Source: Candidatus Heimdallarchaeota archaeon
GTDB taxonomy: Archaea > Asgardarchaeota > Wukongarchaeia > Wukongarchaeales > JBHIFL01
DNA: 52,853 nt
NCBI GenBank assembly: GCA_046761065.1
Contig: JBHIFL010000020.1
Location: 1 to 52,853, forward strand
Direction: 5' to 3'
Of this stretch, positions 52,639 through 52,853 are shown piece after piece; within the stretch, counting starts at the first letter, position 1, and the number at the start of each line of letters is the position of its first letter. Under the pieces are notes generated by a model that ran no database searches, was not told the DNA's origin, and worked only from the letters and a program-made list of their open reading frames with translations. The position numbers were made by a program, and so were the translations under genes.

Positions 52639-52853
52639 AAATGGTACGCCTCCATGTGGGAAGAAAAATCCCTTTAACCCAATTCATAATATACGTTTTA
52701 TTCTAAAACATATAGGAGAGGAATTAAATCAAAATCCAAGAACCATCATCAAAAATGTATCGACACCTTGAGAATTTTGTTCTATGGCATGTGTCTTATA
52801 AAAAATAAGAATTATTTTCTTGATTTAGACTTGTAATTGTTAACTTTTAATAG

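Noticed and set aside
1-52853. CRISPR array, rRNA genes, and many short antisense ORFs nested in long genes
   Set aside because: No regularly spaced repeats or rRNA signatures seen; nested ORFs are shadows of well-supported genes

Overview
Archaeal chromosome segment, very likely from an Asgard archaeon. Supporting signs are an unsplit Rpo2, intron-containing tRNAs, a eukaryote-like actin relic, bacterial-type DnaK/DnaJ/GrpE and MutS/MutL, and giant helical proteins. Most of the window is housekeeping: grpE-dnaK-dnaJ, rlmE-trm1, RNase P RNA, tsr3, a fragmented eIF6-eL20-prefoldin-ftsY-secE-spt5-uL11-uL1-uL10 cluster, ogg, dtdA, ftsZ, rpoB, three tRNAs with five BHB-type introns, thrC and mutS-mutL. 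The long spacers hide decayed genes missing from the ORF track (ArsR, NUDIX, actin C-terminus, IS6 transposase). Best candidates for new biology: (1) a ~350-nt structured non-coding element between the eIF6 and eL20 genes; (2) a 7.3-kb three-gene operon of an atypical AAA+/wHTH/helical-repeat protein, a ~400-aa coiled coil, and a 1453-aa protein whose TrmB-type halves are separated by ~1230 aa of coiled coil; (3) a cytoplasmic mu-homology-domain-like beta-sandwich protein divergent from that operon; (4) a strongly eukaryote-like actin pseudogene; (5) a stand-alone rpoB with His replacing the conserved Glu of the GYNxED motif. All family calls come from motif recognition by eye; no searches were run.
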